44,521 nt of DNA. It comes from Oscillospiraceae bacterium. GTDB taxonomy: Bacteria > Bacillota > Clostridia > Oscillospirales > Oscillospiraceae. The DNA lies in the NCBI GenBank assembly GCA_045595865.1, contig JAZOBG010000150.1, positions 1-44,521 on the forward strand, given 5' to 3'. The notes beneath the pieces are model-generated. The model saw only the letters and a program-made list of their open reading frames with translations. It searched no databases and had not been told where the DNA came from. Positions within the stretch are counted from its first letter, which is position 1, and every line of letters begins with the position of its first letter. Below, in pieces: positions 8,804 to 17,976 of the stretch. Position numbers and translations under genes: made by a program.

Positions 8804-9441
8804 CATTCTGGCTCGTCCTTGTCAGCGTATTGCTTGTGCTTTGGTTGCTTGGGCGAATCCGAGTGGGAGCAGCAGCTGCCTATTCGGAAGCCGGTTTCTT
8901 TTTGGATGTCAAGCTTGGACCGAAGCAAATCCGAATACTGCCGGCTCAAACGCCAAAAAAAGAAAAGCAGCCAAAACAGCCGAAGGAAGCGGACAAACAG
9001 CCTGCTGCAGACGGTGCAGCCAAGTCTAAGCGAGCATTAAAGGATACCGTGTCGGTTGCCCTTCGTTTCCTGCCGCTGGTGGGCGAGGCTGCCGGACGCC
9101 TGAAGCGGAAAATTCGGATCGACTATGTTACGCTCCATATCATATGGGGAGCGGAAGATCCTGCCGATGCGGCAAAAGGATATGGCGCAGGAAATGCTGC
9201 CATGGGTATTCTTTGGCCTGCGGTTGAGCATAATTTCAAGGTCAAAGAGCGTGATTTGAGCGTGAATGTGGATTTTGAGCGGACAAAACCTGAATTTACA
9301 GGAGATGCCCGGATTACGATAACCATTGGCCAGTGTGTTTCTCTGGCTTTGATTTTAGGAATTAAGGCATTAAAAATCTATCTCGGCATTCGCCGGGAGA
9401 AATCAGAAATAACTGAGAATGAAAAGGCGGTGCAGGCATGA
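8800..9441 (+). CDS. DUF2953 (YtfI-like) sporulation-associated membrane protein
   Basis: It has an N-terminal TM helix and a Lys/Pro/Gln-rich linker. It sits immediately upstream of, and overlaps, a GerW/YtfJ gene, as the ytfI-ytfJ pair does. Confidence 0.6.
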   Translation: MTFWLVLVSVLLVLWLLGRIRVGAAAAYSEAGFFLDVKLGPKQIRILPAQTPKKEKQPKQPKEADKQPAADGAAKSKRALKDTVSVALRFLPLVGEAAGRLKRKIRIDYVTLHIIWGAEDPADAAKGYGAGNAAMGILWPAVEHNFKVKERDLSVNVDFERTKPEFTGDARITITIGQCVSLALILGIKALKIYLGIRREKSEITENEKAVQA

Positions 9442-9845
9442 GTGAGAAAAATCATCCCATCAATGACTTGATGAGCACGACCATGCAGAAGATTCGTGAA
9501 ATGGTGGATGTGAACACCATTGTGGGTCAGCCCATTACCACGCCGGACGGAGTTACGCTGATTCCTGTTTCCAAGCTGTCCTTTGGATTTGCTTCGGGCG
9601 GTTCCGACTATGTGTCCAAGAACAAAAAACCCGGTGAAGCAAACACCTTTGGCGGCGGAAGCGGTGCTGGCGTGAAGATCTCTCCGGTGGCATTTCTGAT
9701 CGTGAAGGGCGATTCGGTGCGTGTGCTGCCGGTTGACCCGTCGGGTTCCAATACGGTGGACCGTCTGATCGATACCGTTCCTGAAGTGGTGGATAAGGTT
9801 ACCGCCTTCCTGGAAAAGAAGAAAGAGGATAAAGAGACGTTCTGA
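9438..9845 (+). CDS. GerW/YtfJ-family sporulation protein
   Basis: The sequence IREMVDVNTIVGQPITTPDGVTLIPVSKLSFGFASGGSD...GGGSGAGVKISPVAFLIV matches the YtfJ family pattern. Confidence 0.85.
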   Translation: MSEKNHPINDLMSTTMQKIREMVDVNTIVGQPITTPDGVTLIPVSKLSFGFASGGSDYVSKNKKPGEANTFGGGSGAGVKISPVAFLIVKGDSVRVLPVDPSGSNTVDRLIDTVPEVVDKVTAFLEKKKEDKETF

Positions 9846-9887
9846 GGGAATACTTTCATCATCTGTACTGATACAAGGTGATGAACG

Positions 9888-10985
9888 TTGAAACAAATTG
9901 TTGCTGCAATTGTTGCGCTGCTTTTAATTCCGGCGGTCTCTGTAAAAGCATCCAGCCCGCCCGAACTTTCTGCAGCCAGTGCTATCGTGATGGACGCAGA
10001 GAGCGGGCGGGTTCTTTTTGAGCAAAACGCTCGTGAAGAACGGGCCATAGCCAGCACTACCAAGCTGATGACGGCATTGGTTGCGGTAGAAAGCGGCCGC
10101 GATCCGAAGGAAGAAGTGACCATCCGACCGGAATGGACGGGAATCGAAGGTTCTTCCATTTATCTGCGGCCGGGAGAAACGGTTACGCTGGAAACGCTGC
10201 TTTACGGCCTTTTGCTCAATTCCGGTAATGACGCCGCAGTTGCGGTTGCGGCCCATTGCGCCGGCAGTGTGGAAACATTTGTGGAGCAGATGAATCTTTG
10301 CGCACAGCGGTTGGGGATGCAGCAGACCCGCTTCACCAATCCAAACGGTTTGAGTGAAGAGGGACATTATTCCACGGCCTATGACATGGCTCTGCTTGCC
10401 CGGGCCTGCTGCGAAAATAAAGCGGTGGCATCGATCGCGGCAACCAGATCTGTTACGCTTGGAACAAGAACCTTTGTCAACCACAACAAGTTGCTTTGGC
10501 AATATAAGGGCTGCATCGGTATGAAAACCGGATTTACCGAGGCGGCGGGACGTACTCTGGTATCGGCTGCCCGACGAAATGGACAGACATTGATTGTGGT
10601 GACGTTAAATGCTCCGGATGACTGGAACGATCATGCGGCGCTGTTTGATTACGGGTTTGAAAACTTTACGCCGAAAGCGCTTTGTGTGGACAAGGCAGTG
10701 GTTCAACAGATTCCGGTACAGGGAGGCCTTGTTCGTTTTGTTCCGGCTGTAGCAGGCCGGGATGTATTCTTTCCATTGGCCGATGGGGAACAGACACGGC
10801 ATACGATTACTCTGGATCATTCGCTCATTGCGCCGATCAAGGCAGGAGAACGCTTGGGGAAACTGTCGTTTTACTTGGGTGAAACATGGATTGGTGAAAC
10901 CGATTTGATTGCCGGACGAACGGTTTTCTGCGATATTGTTAAGCCACAAACCCTGTGGGAGCGGCTGTGTGAGCGATTGAATTGA
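9888..10985 (+). CDS. D-alanyl-D-alanine carboxypeptidase (S11, DacB/DacF-like)
   Basis: It has a signal peptide and the STTK (SxxK), SGN and KTG motifs. A TTG start follows AAGGTG. Confidence 0.85.
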   Translation: MKQIVAAIVALLLIPAVSVKASSPPELSAASAIVMDAESGRVLFEQNAREERAIASTTKLMTALVAVESGRDPKEEVTIRPEWTGIEGSSIYLRPGETVTLETLLYGLLLNSGNDAAVAVAAHCAGSVETFVEQMNLCAQRLGMQQTRFTNPNGLSEEGHYSTAYDMALLARACCENKAVASIAATRSVTLGTRTFVNHNKLLWQYKGCIGMKTGFTEAAGRTLVSAARRNGQTLIVVTLNAPDDWNDHAALFDYGFENFTPKALCVDKAVVQQIPVQGGLVRFVPAVAGRDVFFPLADGEQTRHTITLDHSLIAPIKAGERLGKLSFYLGETWIGETDLIAGRTVFCDIVKPQTLWERLCERLN

Positions 10986-11003
10986 CAACATAGGAGGCAG
11001 CGT

Positions 11004-11714
11004 ATGGAAGAACGGCTGCAAAAAATACTCTCTGCTGCAGGGGCATGCTCCCGCAGAGCGGCAGAGGATTACATTCGAGCAGGAAGAGTTCTGGTCAACG
11101 GGCAGCCTGCGACGGTTGGACAAAAAGCGGACCCTGAGATCGATCAGATCACGCTGGACGGAAAGCCTGTATCGGGAGGAAATGAGGAATTTGTATATCT
11201 CATGCTCCATAAGCCGGTTGGTTATGTTACTACATTGTCCGATGAACAGGGCAGACCCTCGGTGGCTGATTTGATCCGGGATGTCCCCGTGCGTGTCTGG
11301 CCGGTGGGTCGGCTGGATCAGAATTCCGAGGGATTACTCCTTCTGACCAACGATGGTGATGTGACGCATAAATTGCTTCATCCCAGTTTTCGGGTGGAGA
11401 AAGAATATTATGTTTGGGTAAACGGCTCTATCGAACGTGCATTGCCCATTCTGCGCGGTCCGTTGACCATGGATGGGCAACTGCTGGCTCCTGCGCAGAT
11501 CGACGTCCTGCAGGATAACGGAAATAGCGGAAAGCTGCGTTTTATCATTCATCAAGGCAAGAAAAGACAGGTGCGACGTATGTGTGCAGCCGGCAGTCTG
11601 AAGGTAACGCGACTCCAACGTGTGCGGGAGGGGAAACTATTGCTGGGAGATCTTCCTAAAGGAGCCTGGCGACCACTGACTTCTGCAGAAATCAAATACT
11701 TAAAGCAGGATTAA
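11004..11714 (+). CDS. rluB: rRNA pseudouridine synthase, RsuA/RluB family
   Basis: It has an S4 domain N-terminus (LQKILSAAGACSRRAAEDYIRAGRVLVNG) and the catalytic GRLDQNSEGLLLLTNDG motif. Confidence 0.8.
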   Translation: MEERLQKILSAAGACSRRAAEDYIRAGRVLVNGQPATVGQKADPEIDQITLDGKPVSGGNEEFVYLMLHKPVGYVTTLSDEQGRPSVADLIRDVPVRVWPVGRLDQNSEGLLLLTNDGDVTHKLLHPSFRVEKEYYVWVNGSIERALPILRGPLTMDGQLLAPAQIDVLQDNGNSGKLRFIIHQGKKRQVRRMCAAGSLKVTRLQRVREGKLLLGDLPKGAWRPLTSAEIKYLKQD

Positions 11715-11749
11715 TTTGCAAGAAGTTTTACAAAACTTGCAGAATTCTA

Positions 11750-11778
11750 TTGCATTTTTTGCTGGATAAAGCTAAGAT
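11750..11778 (+). promoter_or_regulatory. Candidate promoter of the rpiR-led operon
   Basis: TTGCAT, a 17-nt spacer and TAAGAT. A 9-bp inverted repeat, GAAAACCTT/AAGGTTTTC (about 11789-11816), lies between it and the start codon. Confidence 0.35.
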
Positions 11779-11840
11779 GGATAGGTGCGAAAACCTTTGG
11801 TGCAGAAGGTTTTTCTGCAATGTTTTTTGGAGGGATGATT

Positions 11841-12710
11841 ATGCCCAAAGATGTTCTTCAGCTGATTCAAAGCAATATGTCTACCTTTTCCAAGGGACAG
11901 AAGCGAATTGCTGCGTTTATTCAGGAATCTTATGATAAAGCTGCCTTTATGACTGCCAGCAAGCTGGGCAAGACGGTAAACGTCAGTGAGTCCACCGTGG
12001 TTCGTTTTGCTGCAGAGCTTGGTTATGACGGTTACCCTGCTATGCAGAAAGCACTGCAGGAGATGATCCGCAGCAAGCTGACTTCGATCCAGCGCATCGA
12101 AGTGGCAAATGACCGCTACGGCGACCACGATATTCTTTCCATGGTCATGCAATCAGATATTGATAAAATTCGACTGTCCCTTGAGGAAGTAAGTCGGGCT
12201 GACTTTTCTGGGGCGGTGGATGCTATTGTGGATGCCAAGCGCATCTATATTCTTGGTGTGCGATCTTCGGTTGCGGTCAGCAGCTTCCTTGGGTTTTATT
12301 TTAATTTGATTTTTGATAATGTTGTACAGGTACATAGTAATTCCGCTAGTGAAATGTTTGAGCAGTTGCTGCGTGTTGGCGAAGGCGATGTTGTTATTGG
12401 TGTCAGTTTTCCGCGTTATTCCCGCCGAACCGTGCAGGCTATGCATTTTGCGCAGAATCGGAAAGCCAAGGTAATTGCTATCACCGACAGTGCGGCATCT
12501 CCTCTTGCAGCCACAGCTGACCATACATTGCTGGCCAAGAGTGATATGGCATCCTTTGTGGATTCTCTTGTTGCTCCGTTGAGCTTGGTCAACGCCTTGA
12601 TTGTTGCAGTCAGCCGCAAGAAAAAAGAGGATTTGGCCCATACATTTGAAACCCTGGAAGAAATCTGGGACGAATATGAAGTATACGAAAAGGCAGAACA
12701 TGAAACCTGA
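11841..12710 (+). CDS. MurR/RpiR-family transcriptional regulator (HTH + SIS domain)
   Basis: It has the N-terminal HTH_6-like segment FSKGQKRIAAFI...SKLGKTVNVSESTVVRFA and a SIS domain (RIYILGVRSS...). The ATG at 11841 follows GGAGGG. Confidence 0.85.
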   Translation: MPKDVLQLIQSNMSTFSKGQKRIAAFIQESYDKAAFMTASKLGKTVNVSESTVVRFAAELGYDGYPAMQKALQEMIRSKLTSIQRIEVANDRYGDHDILSMVMQSDIDKIRLSLEEVSRADFSGAVDAIVDAKRIYILGVRSSVAVSSFLGFYFNLIFDNVVQVHSNSASEMFEQLLRVGEGDVVIGVSFPRYSRRTVQAMHFAQNRKAKVIAITDSAASPLAATADHTLLAKSDMASFVDSLVAPLSLVNALIVAVSRKKKEDLAHTFETLEEIWDEYEVYEKAEHET

Positions 12711-13950
12711 GTGTATTGTGATCGGCGGCGGTGCTGCCGGAATGATGGCGGCTATTTCGGCTGCGTCCGCAGGGGCAGCGGTTACTTTGCTGGAACGCAA
12801 TCAAAAGGTTGGCCGGAAAATTTATATTACAGGGAAAGGCCGCTGCAATGTGACAAACTATTGCAGTGCGGATGAAGTGTTGCGCAACACGCCCTGTAAT
12901 GGAAAATTCCTTTACAGTTCAATGGATCGGTTTTCGCCAATCGAAACCATGGCATTTTTTGAAAAACTCGGAGTGAAGCTTAAGGTTGAGCGTGGTAATC
13001 GAGTATTTCCTGAATCCGATAAAGCTTCTGACATCATCGACGCCCTGCTGCGTGAACTGCGCCGCAGAAAGGTGGATGTGAGGGAAACCCGTGCCCATGG
13101 GATTGTCGTGGAAGACGGTAATGTTTGCGCGATTCAGACGGAACAAGGTGATCTGCCGTGTGATACGGTTATCCTTGCAACCGGCGGGATGTCGTATCCT
13201 CTGACTGGCTCCACCGGAGACGGGTACGAGATGGCCCGCAAATTGGGACATACCATCGTACAGCCAAAGGGCAGTTTAGTTCCTCTTTGTTCGGATGACC
13301 CTTGCTGCACGGCAATGCAGGGCTTATCCCTGAAAAATACCGGGTTGAAGATCAAAAACGGGAAGGGTAAAGTGGTTTATCAGGATCAGGGTGAACTTCT
13401 GTTTACTCATTTTGGACTTTCCGGGCCGCTGATCCTCAGTGCATCGGCTCATTTACGCCGCTTCGACAAAGAGCAGTACACCGTCTGTCTTGATTTAAAG
13501 CCTGCGTTGGACGAAGATAAACTGGATGCACGTCTGCTTCGTGAATTTGAAGAACAGACGAATCGTGACTTTATCAATGCGCTGGGTGCCTTGCTTCCCA
13601 GAGCCATGGTTCCTGTTATGGTAGAACGCGCAGGAATACCGGGAGATACCAAAGTTCATTCTATTACGCGGCAGCAACGGCGCCGCCTGTTGGAATTGTT
13701 AAAGTGTTTCACGATCGAGGTGACGGGAACCCGTCCGGTGGAAGAAGCGATCATCACCTCAGGTGAAATCAAGGTGTCGGAAATCGATCCCAAAACCATG
13801 CAGTCCAAACTGGTACAGGGATTGTTTTTTGCTGGTGAGATTATTGATGTGGACGCTTATACCGGCGGATTTAATTTACAAATTGCCTGGGCAACCGGTT
13901 ATGCTGCCGGACAGGCTGCAGCACAATACAGGAAGGAAGAATTGGAATGA
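12700..13950 (+). CDS. HI0933/BaiN-family NAD(P)/FAD-dependent oxidoreductase
   Basis: It has the dinucleotide-binding N-terminus CIVIGGGAAGMMAAISAA and the GKGRCNVTN and GGMSYPLTGSTGDGY motifs typical of this family. The ATG overlaps the rpiR stop by 11 nt. Confidence 0.85.
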   Translation: MKPECIVIGGGAAGMMAAISAASAGAAVTLLERNQKVGRKIYITGKGRCNVTNYCSADEVLRNTPCNGKFLYSSMDRFSPIETMAFFEKLGVKLKVERGNRVFPESDKASDIIDALLRELRRRKVDVRETRAHGIVVEDGNVCAIQTEQGDLPCDTVILATGGMSYPLTGSTGDGYEMARKLGHTIVQPKGSLVPLCSDDPCCTAMQGLSLKNTGLKIKNGKGKVVYQDQGELLFTHFGLSGPLILSASAHLRRFDKEQYTVCLDLKPALDEDKLDARLLREFEEQTNRDFINALGALLPRAMVPVMVERAGIPGDTKVHSITRQQRRRLLELLKCFTIEVTGTRPVEEAIITSGEIKVSEIDPKTMQSKLVQGLFFAGEIIDVDAYTGGFNLQIAWATGYAAGQAAAQYRKEELE

Positions 13951-14624
13951 GTTTTTACAGTATCGCAATTGACGGTCCCTCCGGAGCAGGTAAGTCTACC
14001 CTGGCAAAGATGGTTGCCTCGGAGTTTAATTTCCTCTATGTGGACACCGGTGCAATTTATCGTACTGTGGGTCTTTATGCAAAGAAGAATGATGTGGATC
14101 CTCAGGACGGCCCTGCAGTGACTGCATTGTTGGACTCCATTCAGATCGACATGAATTACGGAGAAGACGGTTTGCAGCATATGTATTTGAATGGCGACGA
14201 TGTTACCACCGCAATTCGTCAGCACGAAATTTCCGCATATGCTTCGGCAGTTTCTGCCATTCCCGAGGTGCGTACATTTCTGCTTGATATGCAGCGAAGC
14301 TTTGCTCGCACGAACAATGTGGTTATGGATGGCCGTGATATCGGTACCGTTGTTCTGCCTGACGCACAGATTAAGATTTTCCTGACTGCAGATCCGGAAG
14401 ATAGGGCCCGTCGCCGCTATGAGGAGCTGCTCCAGCGCGGCCAGCAGACAGACTATGACACCGTGCTGAAAGACCTGATCCAGCGCGACTACAACGATAG
14501 CCATCGTGCTGCGGCACCGCTGAAACAGGCTGAAGATGCCTTGCTGCTGGATACAACAGGCAATACGCTGGAGGAGAGCAAAGAATTGCTGTTAAGCACC
14601 GTGAAGGAGCGTCTTGGCGTATGA
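13947..14624 (+). CDS. cmk: Cytidylate kinase
   Basis: Contains the P-loop IAIDGPSGAGKST and an overall Cmk pattern. Its start overlaps the upstream stop by 4 nt. Confidence 0.9.
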   Translation: MSFYSIAIDGPSGAGKSTLAKMVASEFNFLYVDTGAIYRTVGLYAKKNDVDPQDGPAVTALLDSIQIDMNYGEDGLQHMYLNGDDVTTAIRQHEISAYASAVSAIPEVRTFLLDMQRSFARTNNVVMDGRDIGTVVLPDAQIKIFLTADPEDRARRRYEELLQRGQQTDYDTVLKDLIQRDYNDSHRAAAPLKQAEDALLLDTTGNTLEESKELLLSTVKERLGV

Positions 14625-15238
14625 AACGAATGAAGGTCGTATTCACCATTTTGTGGTGTATTGCGGCACCTTTTTTCTGTTTGGTCCATCCCTGTCGTTT
14701 GGTGGGGAGGGAACGGCTCCCTGCGGAAGGGGGGCTGTTCTGTGCCAATCATACCGGTATGAGTGACCCGTTATGTCTGATTGCTTCCCTTGGCGTGAAG
14801 TGGAATCTGCATGTAATGGCGAAAGCGGAATTGATGCGGATTCCCGTGCTTGGATGGCTTTTGAAGCAAGCCGGCATCTTTGGTGTGGAACGTGGCAAGT
14901 CGGATGTTGGCGCCATTAAAACAGCTATGAAGTATTTGAAGAGCGGAGAAAGCGTGTTGATGTTCCCGGAAGGTACCCGCATCAAAAACGGGGTGGACAA
15001 GGATGGCAACGAAAGTGAGGCAAAAGCCGGTGCAGCCATGCTTGCCGTTCGTACGGGAGCCATGTTGATTCCTGTATTCATTCCGGAGAAGAAACGTTGG
15101 TTCCGTATAACCAAGGTCGTGATCGGTGAGCCGTACAAACCTCAGGTGGCGAACAGAAAGGGCTCAGCAGAAGAATACCAACAGATTGCAGAGGACCTGA
15201 TGAACCGCATTCATGCGCTGGAGGAACAGGCAAAATGA
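14621..15238 (+). CDS. plsC: 1-acyl-sn-glycerol-3-phosphate acyltransferase-like
   Basis: Contains the NHTGMSD (HX4D) and FPEGTR motifs. Gene overlaps are 4 nt on both sides. Confidence 0.8.
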   Translation: MKRMKVVFTILWCIAAPFFCLVHPCRLVGRERLPAEGGLFCANHTGMSDPLCLIASLGVKWNLHVMAKAELMRIPVLGWLLKQAGIFGVERGKSDVGAIKTAMKYLKSGESVLMFPEGTRIKNGVDKDGNESEAKAGAAMLAVRTGAMLIPVFIPEKKRWFRITKVVIGEPYKPQVANRKGSAEEYQQIAEDLMNRIHALEEQAK

Positions 15239-17199
15239 AACTGGAACTGGCGAAAAGCGCAGGGTTTTGTTACGGTGTGCGCCGTGCGGTAGAATTGGCG
15301 GAACAGGCTGCGGATAGCGCGGAACGATGTGTCATGCTGGGGTCGTTGATCCATAACAGGCATGTAACCCAACGCTTGGCGGATGCGGGTGTTTTTGTCG
15401 TCAACTCCATGGATGAAGTACCTGAGGGCGCAACCGTAATATTGAGGTCTCATGGCGAAGCCCGTGCAGTGCATCGGTACCTGGAAGAGCACGGGAATTG
15501 CATCATCGATGCAGCTTGCCCCAATGTGTCCCGAATTCATCGCATTGTGGAAGAGGCGGAGAAAACGGGCCGTATACCGGTAATTATCGGAAATCCGAAC
15601 CACCCTGAAGTGATTGCTATTGCCGGTTGGTGTGGAAATTCCGTTGTCCTGAGCGGTCCGGATGAGGTTGATTTTTGGCTGTCCAAAACCCCGGATGTTC
15701 AGAATCTTCCTGTTACAGTGGTATCTCAGACCACTTCCACGCAAAAACTCTGGAAAGACTGCGTGGAAAAAATAAAAAAAGTGTGTACAAATGCAGAAAT
15801 ATTTGATACAATATGTGGTGCTACGTACAAAAGGCAGGCAGAAGCACAGGAATTGGCGGCCCGTTGTGACGCGATGATCGTCATCGGTGACCCGAATAGT
15901 TCCAACACGAAACGACTTGCCGAGTTATGTGCCGCTCTCTGTCCTACTGTGCTCGCAGTTGAAGGGGCAGATGAAGTGGATCCCGCCCAATTTAAAAGGG
16001 CGGCTTTGGTTGGAATCACCGCGGGTGCATCTACACCCGGGTGGATCATAAAGGAGGTATTTGACAAAATGAGCGACGAAATCATGGAGATCGAGGAATC
16101 TTTTGCTGAATTGCTGGAGAAGTCGATCAAAACTTTGAATACGGGGGAGAAGGTTACCGGCATCGTGACCGGTATTGCGCCTACTGAGATCTATGTTGAT
16201 CTGGGCACCAAGCACGCTGGCTACATTCCTGTTGCCGAACTGACCGACGATCCCTCTCTCAAAGTTGAGGACATTGTCAAGGTTGGCGACGAAATCGAAA
16301 CTTACGTTATGCGCGTCAACGACGTGGAGGGTGTTGTTACCCTGTCCAAGAAGCGTCTGGATACCGTGAAGAACTGGGAAGAAATCGAGACGGCCCGCGA
16401 GGAGAAGACTACTGTTGAAGGTACCGTTACCGAGGAGAACAAGGGTGGTATCGTCGTTAACGTGAAGGGTATCCGCGTGTTCGTGCCTGCTTCTCAGACC
16501 GGTCTGCCCCGCGATGCTGAGATGGCCACTCTGATGAAGACCAAGGTGAAGCTGCGCATCACCGAGGTCAACCGCGCCCGCCGCCGCGTTGTGGGCTCCA
16601 TCCGCGCTGTCGGTGCTGAGGAGCGTGCTGCCAAGGCTGCTGCCGTGTGGGAGAACATCGAGGAAGGCAAGAAGTATGCCGGTACCGTCAAGAGCCTGAC
16701 CTCTTACGGTGCATTTGTTGACATCGGCGGCGTGGACGGCATGGTTCACATCTCCGAGCTGTCCTGGTCCCGCATCAAGCATCCCTCTGAGGTGGTTGCT
16801 GTTGGCGATCAGGTCGAGGTCTTTGTGATCTCCTTCGACGCCGAGAAGAAGAAGATCTCTCTGGGCATGAAGGATCGCGCTCAGGAACCTTGGGCTGTGT
16901 TCACCGGCAAGTACAATGTTGGTGATGTGGCTAACGTCAAGGTGGTCAAGCTAATGACCTTCGGCGCTTTTGCTGAAGTGGTTCCCGGCGTTGACGGCCT
17001 GATTCACATCTCCCAGATCGCTGACCGCCGCATCGAGAAGCCCGGCGACGTTCTGTCCGAGGGCCAGATGGTCGACGTCAAGATCACCGACATCGACATG
17101 GAGAACAAGAAGGTCTCCCTGTCCATCCGCGCTCTGCTGGAAGCTGACAAGGCTGAGGAGGAAGTCGTGGAAGAGGTTGCTGAAGAGGCTGCCGAGTAA
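15235..17199 (+). CDS. ispH: Bifunctional 4-hydroxy-3-methylbut-2-enyl diphosphate reductase (IspH) / ribosomal protein S1-domain fusion
   Basis: The N-terminal ~285 aa are IspH-like (GFCYGVRRAV..., ...GASTPGWII). The C-terminal ~365 aa carry four S1 repeats (e.g. GTVKSLTSYGAFVDIGGVDGMVHISEL) and an acidic tail. Confidence 0.9.
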   Translation: MKLELAKSAGFCYGVRRAVELAEQAADSAERCVMLGSLIHNRHVTQRLADAGVFVVNSMDEVPEGATVILRSHGEARAVHRYLEEHGNCIIDAACPNVSRIHRIVEEAEKTGRIPVIIGNPNHPEVIAIAGWCGNSVVLSGPDEVDFWLSKTPDVQNLPVTVVSQTTSTQKLWKDCVEKIKKVCTNAEIFDTICGATYKRQAEAQELAARCDAMIVIGDPNSSNTKRLAELCAALCPTVLAVEGADEVDPAQFKRAALVGITAGASTPGWIIKEVFDKMSDEIMEIEESFAELLEKSIKTLNTGEKVTGIVTGIAPTEIYVDLGTKHAGYIPVAELTDDPSLKVEDIVKVGDEIETYVMRVNDVEGVVTLSKKRLDTVKNWEEIETAREEKTTVEGTVTEENKGGIVVNVKGIRVFVPASQTGLPRDAEMATLMKTKVKLRITEVNRARRRVVGSIRAVGAEERAAKAAAVWENIEEGKKYAGTVKSLTSYGAFVDIGGVDGMVHISELSWSRIKHPSEVVAVGDQVEVFVISFDAEKKKISLGMKDRAQEPWAVFTGKYNVGDVANVKVVKLMTFGAFAEVVPGVDGLIHISQIADRRIEKPGDVLSEGQMVDVKITDIDMENKKVSLSIRALLEADKAEEEVVEEVAEEAAE

Positions 17200-17214
17200 T
17201 TTTACTCATGATTT

Positions 17215-17249
17215 AAGGAAGCATATCCTTTGGGATATGCTTCCTTTTT
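17215..17249 (+). terminator. Rho-independent terminator after ispH/S1
   Basis: A 14-bp perfect stem, AAGGAAGCATATCC/GGATATGCTTCCTT, with a TTTG loop and a trailing T-run. Confidence 0.8.
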
Positions 17250-17346
17250 CAATTGTGTTGCCTGTTGTAACAAAATTAAAATTTGGAGATTTTGTGTGTT
17301 TTTATGAACAATACTTAGAAAATACACAAGAAATTGGTAAAATTGC

Positions 17347-17375
17347 TTGCAATAGTTTGGATTAAATACTATAAT
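17347..17375 (+). promoter_or_regulatory. Sigma-70-type promoter of carD-ispD-ispF
   Basis: TTGCAA, a 17-nt spacer and TATAAT, about 55 nt upstream of the ATG at 17432. Confidence 0.55.
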
Positions 17376-17431
17376 AAATTATAGAAACCCAGGTGTTCTC
17401 CTGCATATTTATTTTTGGGGAGGTGGGAATC

Positions 17432-17908
17432 ATGTTTCAGATAGGGGATAAAATCGCACATCCGATGCACGGTGCAGGTGTGATCAACGACATTGAAGAA
17501 AAAAAGGTCAACGGTGTCGTACGAAGCTACTATGTTCTGAAGCTGCCAGTTGGCGGCATGATGGTTATGATTCCCACGGAAAATTGCGAAGAAATTGGGG
17601 TGCGCCCGGTAATCGATAAATCGGAAGGCGATAAGGTGATAGCTGCCTTTGGAGAGATCGAAGTTGAAATGGAAACCAACTGGAATCGCCGCTATCGTGA
17701 GAACATGGAACGACTGAAAAGCGGAAATTTGCTGGAAGTGGCCAAAGTGGTCAAGGGCCTCATGCTCCGCGACGTAAACCGTGGCCTTTCCAACGGGGAG
17801 CGAAAAATGCTCCATTCGGCAAAGCAGATTCTGATTTCTGAGTTGGTTCTATCCCAAAGCAGCAGTTATGAAGAAATTGAGGAGCGCATAAACCTCGCCC
17901 TGGCATAA
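17432..17908 (+). CDS. carD: CarD/CdnL-family RNA polymerase-binding regulator
   Basis: The N-terminus MFQIGDKIAHPMHGAGVINDIEEKKVNG...YYVLKL is the CarD N-terminal Tudor-like pattern. GGAGGTGGG precedes the ATG. Confidence 0.85.
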   Translation: MFQIGDKIAHPMHGAGVINDIEEKKVNGVVRSYYVLKLPVGGMMVMIPTENCEEIGVRPVIDKSEGDKVIAAFGEIEVEMETNWNRRYRENMERLKSGNLLEVAKVVKGLMLRDVNRGLSNGERKMLHSAKQILISELVLSQSSSYEEIEERINLALA

Positions 17909-17927
17909 TACAGTAAGACAAGGCATC

Positions 17928-17963
17928 AACGGGCGGCCGTGCCTAACGGCCGCCTCGTTTTTT
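17928..17963 (+). terminator. Terminator/attenuator hairpin between carD and ispD
   Basis: A GC-rich 12-bp stem (AACGGGCGGCCG/CGGCCGCC(T)CGTT) is followed by TTTTTT. It overlaps the first possible TTG start (17962) of the ispD ORF. Confidence 0.65.
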
Positions 17964-17976
17964 GGAGGTGGAAAAG

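Noticed and set aside
11716-11746. An AT-rich imperfect hairpin (AAGTTTT-AC-AAAACTT core) after rluB, considered as a terminator.
   Set aside because: Only 7 contiguous A/T-rich base pairs form, plus a bulged 3-bp extension, so the stem is too weak to call. It may still contribute to termination together with the downstream T-run.
15925-16782. A 285-aa minus-strand ORF inside the S1 part of ispH/S1, and the similar 22877-23902 ORF inside pcrA.
   Set aside because: Both are codon-aligned antisense artefacts of highly biased sense genes.
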